From Promethearchaeia archaeon (lineage in GTDB: Archaea; Asgardarchaeota; Lokiarchaeia; Sigyniarchaeales; SOKP01): DNA of 64,000 nt. Positions within the stretch are counted from its first letter, which is position 1. Every line of letters begins with the position of its first letter. The stretch is from contig JAWOCD010000005.1 in assembly GCA_046483985.1 (NCBI GenBank), positions 30,862 through 94,861 on the forward strand, in the 5' to 3' direction. The position numbers were made by a program, and so were the translations under genes. The notes beneath the pieces were generated by a model. It was not told where the DNA came from. It saw only the letters and a list, made by a program, of their open reading frames with translations, and made no database searches. Shown here piece after piece: positions 19,550-28,155 of this stretch.

Positions 19550-20788
19550 TCATCCAAAATGTTTCTCCTCTTCGGCATCAGCATCAATTGCATCTTGTTC
19601 CACGTCTCTCCCTACCCACTTTTTACTTAGCACTTCATTATAATATTCATGTTGTATAATAAGAGACATTATCTCTGAAGTTCCAGTCCAGATCATACTC
19701 AACCGAGCATCTCTAAGAAGGCGTTCAATAGGATAAACTGTAGTATACCCTATACCGCCCATTACTTGCATTGCGTTATTAATTATGTCCCAGCATTTTT
19801 CAGTTGCAAACTTTTTCGATTCCGAAACTAATCTCCTTTGTACGCTCGGAGGGGCTCCCGCATCAATAGCTTTTGCGGTATTCATTACTAAAGATCGCGA
19901 AGCATCCAGTAAAGAGATACTGTCCGCAATATTAAAACTAACAGCTTCGAATTTTTTAATAACTTTTCCGAATGCCTTTCGTTTTGAACTATATTTTGCC
20001 GCAATCTTTAAGCACGCTCTTGCAGTTCCAAGTATCCCTCCTGCGCTAGTCATCCGTTCGGGAACCATCATTTGATAAAAGATTTTTCCGCCTCCCCCTT
20101 CTCCAAGAATTAAATTTTCCTCTGGAACTTCAACGTTTTCAAATTTTAAGCGACCGGCTCCTCCACCTCGGGTTCCCATTAACCCATAAATATATTCCGC
20201 AGTTACATTATCTGTTTTATCCACAATGAAAAGACTAATTGATTTTTTAGGATCAGCATCAGGATCCGTTTTTGCATATACCAAAAAGAAGTCCGCTCCC
20301 TCAGCTCCAACCACAAATCGTTTTTCCCCGTTTAAAATATAATGGTCTCCCTCTTTCTTGGCAGTTGTGGTGGCTCCAAAAAAGTCAGATCCTCCTCTTG
20401 GTTCTGTTAGCGCTTCCGCGGTAAATTTTTTTCCTTCCAACATGGGTTTTAGATAATTTTCTTTCTGATATTCAGACCCAAACATATTTATTGCTTCTCC
20501 ACAAATTGAGGGCAGCGAATAAAGGCATCCTAATGCCATCCCGAGCACACCAATCTCTTGCAGTGCTACTATCTCACTTTCCCACCCTAATCCACGCCCC
20601 CCATATTTTTTGGGAAATCGCAATCCAATCAAATTATGTTCTGCAAGTTTTTCAACATATTCAGTGGGATATTGAATCTCATCTTTGTCCATTTTCTTTA
20701 AAAGAGAATGTGGCACCTCTTCTTTCACAAAAGCGCGCGTCTCCTCTTGAATTTTTTTAGCTTCGTCATTTACAATATAATCAAACAT
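19550..20788 (-). CDS. Acyl-CoA dehydrogenase
   Basis: The three-domain ACAD layout is present, with LTEPRGGSD and the C-terminal [15 protein letters not shown]. Confidence 0.9.
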   Translation of the reverse strand: MFDYIVNDEAKKIQEETRAFVKEEVPHSLLKKMDKDEIQYPTEYVEKLAEHNLIGLRFPKKYGGRGLGWESEIVALQEIGVLGMALGCLYSLPSICGEAINMFGSEYQKENYLKPMLEGKKFTAEALTEPRGGSDFFGATTTAKKEGDHYILNGEKRFVVGAEGADFFLVYAKTDPDADPKKSISLFIVDKTDNVTAEYIYGLMGTRGGGAGRLKFENVEVPEENLILGEGGGGKIFYQMMVPERMTSAGGILGTARACLKIAAKYSSKRKAFGKVIKKFEAVSFNIADSISLLDASRSLVMNTAKAIDAGAPPSVQRRLVSESKKFATEKCWDIINNAMQVMGGIGYTTVYPIERLLRDARLSMIWTGTSEIMSLIIQHEYYNEVLSKKWVGRDVEQDAIDADAEEEKHFG

Positions 20789-20949
20789 ATTTAACTCAAC
20801 TCTTTTGTTATCAATTAATTATATTTATGGAAATAATTTAATTATATTTATTTAAAACAACTCAAAGCGACCAAGAAATTTATATTTTAAAAATGATATG
20901 GATTTAATCTTTTCTATATTACCATCCACTAAAATATTTCATGTGGTGA

Positions 20950-21264
20950 AAAGAGATACATAGTAAAATTCTTCTGGCAGTAGATGACTCTGAAGATGCA
21001 CTAGGGGTCGTAAAAAGAGCTATTGAGATAAAAAAAAAAAATTAATAATCCCTTCTGTTGACTATTGGAAAAAGCTAATAAACTTTTTAAAAAAGAGCAA
21101 TTGGAGGTATAAACCCGGCTTGTAGAAGAAATTAAATAAGAAGATTTTGATTTGGCGGTCTTAGGGACAGAGGAAGATATTCGAATGTAAAACAAATTGT
21201 TTTAGGTACTATGACAACAAATGTGTTGAACATAATTTCCTGTGATGTCCTTGTGGTTCGCTAA
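20950..21264 (+). pseudogene. Decayed universal stress protein (UspA family) gene
   Basis: USP-like fragments occur in three different frames. They are KILLAVDDSEDALGVVKRAIEI, DFDLAVLGTEEDI and VLGTMTTNVLNIISCDVLVVR*. There is no start codon and several stops, and an A13 run at 21039-21051 lies at the first frame break. Confidence 0.6.
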
Positions 21265-21328
21265 ACAGTTTCTTTAATACGTTCTCAAATCAAAAGGAAG
21301 ATTATTTTTTTAAACTTGGTTAATAGTT

Positions 21329-22003
21329 CTAATAGTTCTTTAATTGGGAATAGAGAAAAATAAGTATTCCAATAATCATTATAACGGGCGGAATTTCCAA
21401 CGGAAAAGCCGGAAAGGAGGAAACAAATAATTCCGTATCCATCATGTTACCGATTGTTATAAAAATCAATCCGACTAATAACCAAGCTGCATTCTTTCGA
21501 ACAGCACCTGTCCCCTTAATTATAATATATATGTAAAGAAAAAATACTACACCGATAGAAACTGGCAAGAGGGTATACATCATGGTAAGCGCGATATATC
21601 TGTCCGCTCCACCTATTAAAGAAACCAGAGCTATTCCAAATGTAATGAGAGTCACAATTAAAAAGATCTTTTTTGTTTTGGTAATCATGTAGGTCTCTAA
21701 TATATATAACCAGAAGATTATCCCAATTAAGGAACTGATATAGCCCACAGTGGTGTAAAAATCATAATACTCCGAGTTGCGAACCCCAAAGATGAAGAAA
21801 ATCCGAGTTAATCCAAAAAATAAAGTAAAAACCGCATAACCAAAAAAAACCATTTTACTGCTTTTCAAATCGATTTCTCTTCCCTTCATTAAAAACAAGA
21901 AGAACGCAAGAAATAAAAGCCCAATTGATATAATCCAGAGAATAAGAGAAGGACCTTCGTAATATTCGATTCCTTGAAATGAGTCTGGTAATTCTAATAT
22001 CAT
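21329..22003 (-). CDS. Seven-helix integral membrane protein, function unknown
   Basis: It has 7 predicted hydrophobic helices in 224 aa. There is no retinal-binding Lys in the last helix. Confidence 0.5.
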   Translation of the reverse strand: MILELPDSFQGIEYYEGPSLILWIISIGLLFLAFFLFLMKGREIDLKSSKMVFFGYAVFTLFFGLTRIFFIFGVRNSEYYDFYTTVGYISSLIGIIFWLYILETYMITKTKKIFLIVTLITFGIALVSLIGGADRYIALTMMYTLLPVSIGVVFFLYIYIIIKGTGAVRKNAAWLLVGLIFITIGNMMDTELFVSSFPAFPLEIPPVIMIIGILIFLYSQLKNY

Positions 22004-22058
22004 TAATATCTAGATTAAGAAAGTATATACTTTTTTAAAAATTATTTTAATTTAGAAA

Positions 22059-22481
22059 TTATTTAATGATTTCAGTTATGAAACACGTCTCGATTATTTT
22101 GACACCTTCAATAGGAGATATCTTTGATTCTATTAGCGGATTAAAGTCTTGTATATCCGAAATTTCTACAATGGCAAAGATCCCACAATCCCCCGATAAT
22201 CTCCAAATATCCGTGATCTCCTCAACAGATCGTAATTTTTTTAAGATCCTTTTGATTTCTTTATAATTCGGTTCAATTTTAATGGTTGCCTGGATTTTGG
22301 GCTCTGAATCAATTTCATATTCGATTGTAAATTTTTCAATAACTCCCTCTTCAACTAAGTTTTTAACTCTCCTTCTAACCGTTGCATTTGTCCTATCTAC
22401 AACTTTCGCAATATCACTATAGGACTGTCTTCCATCTCGTTCTAATTCTTCTAAAATTTTTTTATCGATAATATCTACCAT
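22059..22481 (-). CDS. Lrp/AsnC family transcriptional regulator
   Basis: The HTH is DKKILEELERDGRQSYSDIAKVVDRTNATVRRRVKNLVEEGVI, followed by a RAM/AsnC_trans_reg C-terminal half. Confidence 0.85.
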   Translation of the reverse strand: MVDIIDKKILEELERDGRQSYSDIAKVVDRTNATVRRRVKNLVEEGVIEKFTIEYEIDSEPKIQATIKIEPNYKEIKRILKKLRSVEEITDIWRLSGDCGIFAIVEISDIQDFNPLIESKISPIEGVKIIETCFITEIIK

Positions 22482-22812
22482 TTTTTTCTCATCCTATAAT
22501 ACATTATTCTAATATGATCACTTATTTATGAAAAAAGTGAGATTTCTTATATAATTTGTTTAAAATTTTAAATCTATATTTAGGAACTGGATAGTTGTGT
22601 TTTTCATTTCTTAAATAATAATTAAATATTTTCCCTTAGTATATAGAAAAATTCCTTAAATAGGTTGGTTTTAATGTGTTTTCCTTGAATTCTCTCACTC
22701 CACTCATACTTGTGTTAACTTCAACGTTTTTAATAACTTTACTTTCTGTATCTTAGTAGGAAATAAGAGAAAGGAACGAGATTTTTTAAGAAAATTTGTA
22801 TTATAATACAAG

Positions 22813-24129
22813 ATGGAATTAAGAATTTCGTTAAACAAGTGGATATTAAGAGCATTTATCTTATCCATTTTGATCCGTTTATTTTTGGCTTCCTTGAATA
22901 TCTTCCCATTGATGGATGATATAATCAACCCTTTTTTAGAACTTGAACTGATTCAAAATCTTGAACTTTTTTCTGATTATCATTTTTATTATAAGGAATT
23001 CGCGAAAGAATTTGTGTCCGGCAATTGGATACCGTATTTGGAAGATGCGAAAATTCACTCTATTGAGTATCCCTTGCTTTATCCTCCCTTCTTTTTGTAC
23101 GCTATTAGTTTTCCGGCGTTAATTCATCCAGATTTAACGTTTGTTCTCCTGTTATTCGCGGATTGTTTACTTCCCTTAATGGTCTATAAATTTCTTCGGG
23201 AATTTCAAACAAAAAAGGTTGCAGAATGGGGGTTGTTGGCAACTGCATACTCTCCCTTTCTCCTAATTTATACGGGCGCTTTATTTTTGAATACGTCTTT
23301 AGTTAACTTATTTTTTATAAGTACTCTCTATTATGTTGCGAAGCGGAAATATAATTTAGCTACGCTTCTTCTGGGAATCTCATTTTTATTTAAACAGATT
23401 ATTCTTTTTTTTATAATCCCTCTCGTGCTATATATGACTCTTGATTCTACACAGAGTGAGAATGGAAAAAAAGATTCATTTAAATTGGCACTTAAATACT
23501 TTGGAATTTTATTTCTTGTGATTTTTCTTGGATCTTTACCGTGGATTATAATTAGTCCGTTTAATTATATCATTTCTCTTTCCGTTGGAGAACTACCTAA
23601 TTTCTTTCCACAATTTCAAAGCTTCAAAAGTTGGTGGGTCAGGCCGATCAAATGGTACGATTTCTTGATTCTTAAGGATGCTCCCTATTGGGTTATTTAT
23701 ATCGCTGGATTTCTAAACTTTTCTTTATTTGGTATATACCTTGTGCAGATACTTGCCATGTATCTTCTTTATAAATGGCATCACACCGAAGAATTAGATT
23801 TTAAACACTTTCTCAACTTATTACTCATTATTGCATTTTTATCGCATCTTTGGATGTCTCGTGGAGTATTTAAATATTATTTTACATTTTTTATCCCTAT
23901 TGTAGTACTATGGTTAGGATATTATCAAACGGTTCAAATATCGCAACGAAAATCAAAACGGAACAGACTTTTATTTTTAATGATAGGGATTTCATTATTT
24001 CTCATACTTCTTAATAGATATATCTATTTACTGATTGTTTGGCTCTTATTTTTTGTTTTTTCTTATAAAATTATAATGAAGGTTAGGATTGATGGAATTC
24101 CCGAAGAATTCCACCAAGGTGGCTTTTGA
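22813..24129 (+). CDS. Polytopic membrane protein, GT-C-like glycosyltransferase (DUF2029/PMT_2-like) candidate
   Basis: It has about 12 TM helices and an early loop with YPLLYPPFFLY. The architecture resembles polyprenol-phosphate-sugar-dependent glycosyltransferases. Family assignment is tentative. Confidence 0.4.
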   Translation: MELRISLNKWILRAFILSILIRLFLASLNIFPLMDDIINPFLELELIQNLELFSDYHFYYKEFAKEFVSGNWIPYLEDAKIHSIEYPLLYPPFFLYAISFPALIHPDLTFVLLLFADCLLPLMVYKFLREFQTKKVAEWGLLATAYSPFLLIYTGALFLNTSLVNLFFISTLYYVAKRKYNLATLLLGISFLFKQIILFFIIPLVLYMTLDSTQSENGKKDSFKLALKYFGILFLVIFLGSLPWIIISPFNYIISLSVGELPNFFPQFQSFKSWWVRPIKWYDFLILKDAPYWVIYIAGFLNFSLFGIYLVQILAMYLLYKWHHTEELDFKHFLNLLLIIAFLSHLWMSRGVFKYYFTFFIPIVVLWLGYYQTVQISQRKSKRNRLLFLMIGISLFLILLNRYIYLLIVWLLFFVFSYKIIMKVRIDGIPEEFHQGGF

Positions 24130-24302
24130 GGGGGAATGTGGTTATGATTTCCATGTTGATTCCCAAAAACAGCTTTAATGAATACATTTGAGTGAAATCG
24201 CCAGTTAAATGATTCGTCTTAACCCCTCGATTTTTGAATGCCCTCCTTTTTTACATGACCACCAATTATATAAATTTGTCGCTACTTAAATATTTTGAAA
24301 GA

Positions 24303-24329
24303 TTAACAAGCTTAACAAGCTTAACAATT
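24303..24329. repeat. Tandem 9-mer TTAACAAGC x2 plus TTAACAATT
   Basis: Read directly from the sequence. It lies about 25 nt downstream of a TATA-like ATTATATAAA (about 24266-24275). Confidence 0.7.
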
Positions 24330-24368
24330 CTAAACTTAATTTGTTTTTTAGCATCCAGATTAACTAAA

Positions 24369-24550
24369 CACGCCTAAAGGCGTGAGATTCATATTCTCTG
24401 ATACATAATCTTTACATTAGACAAAATATAGGTTGGCTCTCCTACCTTAAATTAAGGTCCTGCTTCTTTTTATGATTACGAAGTAGATTTAGTGATTTAA
24501 ACGCAAAATTCATCTCCATCCTAAAGGATGGAGTTTTCTTTTGCTTTTTT
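24369..24550 (+). ncRNA. Candidate structured RNA or 5' leader: three hairpins ending in a hairpin plus oligo-U tract
   Basis: The hairpins are CACGCC-TAAA-GGCGTG (24369-24384), ACCTTAA-A-TTAAGGT (24444-24458) and CTCCATCC-TAAA-GGATGGAG (24514-24533). The last is followed by TTTTCTTTTGCTTTTTT. No known RNA family is recognised. Confidence 0.25.
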
Positions 24551-24641
24551 GATAAAAATTGCTAAGTACAAAAAATTAAATTTCATAAATGTGTTATTAA
24601 GTTAGGTATTGGATATTTTAGTTTTGTGGTAGGATAAGAAT

Positions 24642-25682
24642 ATGAGATTATACTGGACCGTGCTTAAAGATGTTGATGCAATTGAATATGAATTTGCACC
24701 ACTCCATTTCAATCGAAGGGCCCAAATTTTAGAGAGCGTAAAAGCCCCTAAAAATGATAAATGCAACGAAGAGTGGATGAAAGAATCGATTATTATTGAG
24801 CAGAGCGCGAAATTGTTACCACTTGTAAGGAGATTTCCTGGTCGTATGGTAAAAGCGGTTAAAATCGAATTTAATGGAAAAGAGTTATTAATTTTTGATG
24901 CTGATTATTCCTTTTTACAGAATGGCTGGTATGGGATGACCATTCTAAAGACGCGTAAAGAAGATCTACCTGTGAATCAAGAATTACAGTTGAGTAGCGA
25001 AGTTTATGAGATCGTGAATGATTATCTCTTGGGAAAAATTACTGATCTGAAATCTGGGATACAAAAGGAAATTGAAAAATATAAAAATTCCCAAGTAGTC
25101 TCTTGCTTTAATAAGGCAAGGAAAAAGAAAGGAGAGAAATATTTTTTAGAGGATATTATTGATCCATTGGATACTTCCTCGTCAAAGTGGGACATTTTCC
25201 TTATCCACAAAACGGGAGAGCCCGTAACAGACATTTATCGAGTATTTAAAAGCTATTCAAATGGCTCAACCAATTTTATCAAATTAGACATGGAGCGAAA
25301 ATATGATTTACCAGGATATGAGAAGGAAATGGAACTTACCAAAATTCATAACCTAAATTGTATGGCTCTTAGTGCAGCATATACACTTTGCGGGAAAGTG
25401 GGCAATTTAATGGGGTATAAACGAGCGAAACTCCGTCATACTACGACTAAACTTCATAAAAACCTAGGAGTTGGATTCACTTTCTTGGAGCATGCTGAGA
25501 TAAAGGGAAAGGAAATAATTTTTTGTTTAGATGTTAAAAATAAACTATCTGCTGGAGATAAACATATCAATAAATTGTTTGGGAACGAACGGAAAACACT
25601 TAAAAAGATAAAAAAAAACATTGTTAAGTCGGGTTCTTTAAAAGCATCAAAAATACGTAAGAGCATTAGAAAAGAGATATAA
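24642..25682 (+). CDS. Orphan protein, 346 aa, with Lys-rich C-terminal tail
   Basis: It is a long ORF in an AT-rich background. I recognise no motif. The C-terminal KKIKKNIVKSGSLKASKIRKSIRKEI suggests nucleic-acid or membrane affinity. Confidence 0.55.
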   Translation: MRLYWTVLKDVDAIEYEFAPLHFNRRAQILESVKAPKNDKCNEEWMKESIIIEQSAKLLPLVRRFPGRMVKAVKIEFNGKELLIFDADYSFLQNGWYGMTILKTRKEDLPVNQELQLSSEVYEIVNDYLLGKITDLKSGIQKEIEKYKNSQVVSCFNKARKKKGEKYFLEDIIDPLDTSSSKWDIFLIHKTGEPVTDIYRVFKSYSNGSTNFIKLDMERKYDLPGYEKEMELTKIHNLNCMALSAAYTLCGKVGNLMGYKRAKLRHTTTKLHKNLGVGFTFLEHAEIKGKEIIFCLDVKNKLSAGDKHINKLFGNERKTLKKIKKNIVKSGSLKASKIRKSIRKEI

Positions 25683-25963
25683 TTAAAATAAAGAAATACT
25701 TTTAAGATTCTATTAAGGAAAAAATAGAAGTTTTTAAAAGAGTCTGAATGCTTCTTTCATTTTCTCTATTCGTTTCCTTTATTTCAAATTCGATTTCCAA
25801 ACCCCTTCTCTTTCCTCTTTATTTTCCAATTCCAAGATTCCATTTGGTACTTTAACTTTTTCTTTCCGATTTTCGAATGCAAATTTTCTAAGACTGAAAA
25901 TTTATATGTAGCTTTTTATTTAAAATAACCATTGTAATCATAGATAAAGAAGGTGTAAAACTG

Positions 25964-28021
25964 ATGGGAAATAAATGGAATAAATACTTACGATTGAAAC
26001 GCTATGAAAATCTCCCGAAGATGGTTTTTGATGTCATTCAGAGACATTCGGAAAAACTTGCGATGCGTTGGTTTGAGGACGGCGGAGATTCCATACAAAA
26101 ATTAACATATGCCCAGTTAGGCAAAAAAATCATCGATGTTTTTTATGGATTAAAGCAATTAAATTATGAAAAGGGGGATCATATAGCGATTTGTTCGGAA
26201 ACTTCTCAAATGTGGGCGTTTGCAGATTTAGGAGTTCAATGTCTGGGCGGCGTGACCGTTGCAATATATCCCTCTCTAACCCCAAAAGAGATTCTCTATA
26301 TTTTGAAGGATTCAGAAACAAAATGTCTCTTTGTTGATTCACAAGAGAACTTGGAGAAGGTGGTTTCCATTTGGAAAGAGATTATAAATTTAAAAGACGT
26401 TATTCTAATGGAAGATATTGATACTGCAACTAAAAAGGAGGTTATTTCTGATTATTCTTCTAATGAGATTATCCCTCTGGATGGTTCATCGAAACTTGAT
26501 CATATTTATAGTTGGGAAGAGTTTTTACGACCCGCACTAGTGAAGAGCATTGAAAGAAAAACTGAATTAGTGGAACAATCAATGGATGCAATTAAAGAAG
26601 AGGATTTGGCAAGCCTAATCTATACTTCGGGTACGACCGGCATCCCAAAAGGAGTTATGCTTACCCATAAAAACTTTCTCAGCGATATCGTTGCCTCCTC
26701 TGCAATTGCTAGTACATTGGAAAAGGACGAAAAACCATGGGCACAAGACACTATTACATATTTACCGTATGCTCATTCGTTTGGAAGGACCGTGGAAGAG
26801 TATAGCATGATCTATAATGGTTCTTGTATCAATTATGTTGGTGGACGTTCCCAAGAGCTATTACAGAAAGCGTTTGAAGAATTCCAACCAACTATTATGA
26901 TCGGAGTACCTTATGTGTTTCAAAAGCTCTATGAAACCATTATGCAAACAGTAGATGAGATGTCTGAGTACGTACAGAATATATTTCATAAAGCAGTGAA
27001 GGCGGGAAAGGAATATTATACGAATAAAATCGAAGGCAAGAAAAATTCATTTGGATTACGTATTAAATATTGGATCCTAAAGAAATTAGTTCTTGGGCAA
27101 ATTCAAAAAAAGTTAGGAGGAAGATTGAAAATTATGCTCTCTGGTTCGGCTGCCATATCCCCCTCTTTGATGCTTTTCTTCTTATCGTGCGGATTTAATA
27201 TGTTAGAAGGGTATGGTCTTACAGAGTCTGCGCCAGTCACTCATGTGCTACGAAATGAAGAGAACTCAGACTTTCGTCCCAATTTCAGTAAAAAAATCCC
27301 CTTATATGAGAAATTAGGGTCTATCGGTCCACCGGTCGAGATTCCAAACAATCCCTATGAAAATGTTCAGCAGAAGCTAACTGAAGAAGGAGAATTACTG
27401 ATAAAAGGACCGATGGTTATGAAAGGATACTGGAAAAAACCAAAACTTACAGCAAATGTAGTAGACGAAGATGGTTGGCTCCATACTGGCGATTTAGCGG
27501 AGATAGATAATGACGGATATGTAAAGATAAAAGGTCGTTTGAAGGCTATTGTGAAATTATCTACGGGCAAAATGGTTAGCCCCGCCGCAGTGGAAGGGAT
27601 GATTGTCCCGTATTCTGAAATAGTTGCTCAAATCATCCTTGTGGGCTCAGAAAAAAAGTATCTCACAGCGATAGTAGTTCCTTACCAAGAGCCGCTAAAA
27701 AACTATGCGGAAGAGCATGACATTTCCTATGATACATGGGAAGATATTATCCGCACTCCTGAAATACTACAATTAATAAAAAAAGATATAGAAGAATATA
27801 CTGAGGATGTGTCGCATTATTCCGTCCCAAAGAAATTCGCAATAAGCAGTCAACCTTTTGGAAAAGGAGATGGATATTTAACTCCGACCTTGAAGTTTAA
27901 GCGAAATAAGATTTACGAAGATTTTCAAGACGTGATTGACAAACTCTACGAAATTGATGGGGAATTCTATATAATTGAAGAACGGATGACAGATTTCTAC
28001 GATCAGAGCCTACTTACTTAA
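25964..28021 (+). CDS. Long-chain fatty acid--CoA ligase (AMP-forming)
   Basis: The AMP-binding motifs YTSGTTGIPKGV, GYGLTE and LHTGDLAE are present in 685 aa. Confidence 0.85.
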   Translation: MGNKWNKYLRLKRYENLPKMVFDVIQRHSEKLAMRWFEDGGDSIQKLTYAQLGKKIIDVFYGLKQLNYEKGDHIAICSETSQMWAFADLGVQCLGGVTVAIYPSLTPKEILYILKDSETKCLFVDSQENLEKVVSIWKEIINLKDVILMEDIDTATKKEVISDYSSNEIIPLDGSSKLDHIYSWEEFLRPALVKSIERKTELVEQSMDAIKEEDLASLIYTSGTTGIPKGVMLTHKNFLSDIVASSAIASTLEKDEKPWAQDTITYLPYAHSFGRTVEEYSMIYNGSCINYVGGRSQELLQKAFEEFQPTIMIGVPYVFQKLYETIMQTVDEMSEYVQNIFHKAVKAGKEYYTNKIEGKKNSFGLRIKYWILKKLVLGQIQKKLGGRLKIMLSGSAAISPSLMLFFLSCGFNMLEGYGLTESAPVTHVLRNEENSDFRPNFSKKIPLYEKLGSIGPPVEIPNNPYENVQQKLTEEGELLIKGPMVMKGYWKKPKLTANVVDEDGWLHTGDLAEIDNDGYVKIKGRLKAIVKLSTGKMVSPAAVEGMIVPYSEIVAQIILVGSEKKYLTAIVVPYQEPLKNYAEEHDISYDTWEDIIRTPEILQLIKKDIEEYTEDVSHYSVPKKFAISSQPFGKGDGYLTPTLKFKRNKIYEDFQDVIDKLYEIDGEFYIIEERMTDFYDQSLLT

Positions 28022-28155
28022 TTTCTTTCTTTTTCTTATCTTTTTTAATTAACTCTCTCCTCTCTAGTTAAATGAGTAGTGGAATTAATAACGAAATTTA
28101 AAAAACAGTAGTCAATGATATAATATATAGAATTAAAAAAAGAGTATAATTACAG

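Noticed and set aside
21329-22003. A seven-helix membrane protein considered as a possible microbial rhodopsin (schizorhodopsin or heliorhodopsin type), given the nearby B12 photoreceptor-like gene.
   Set aside because: There is no Lys in the seventh helix for a retinal Schiff base, and no RYxDW or DTx-type helix-3 motif.
22704-22928. Short ORFs at gene boundaries: 22704-22928, 43016-43231, 43980-44180, 51069-51257, 55900-56109 and 56272-56457.
   Set aside because: They straddle promoters or the 5' ends of better-supported genes on the opposite strand and have no motifs.
24303-24329. The tandem TTAACAAGC repeat and the recurring hairpins, considered as a degenerate CRISPR array.
   Set aside because: The repeats are 9 nt and directly abutting with no spacers. 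The hairpins differ in stem sequence and have irregular spacing. No cas genes are in the window.
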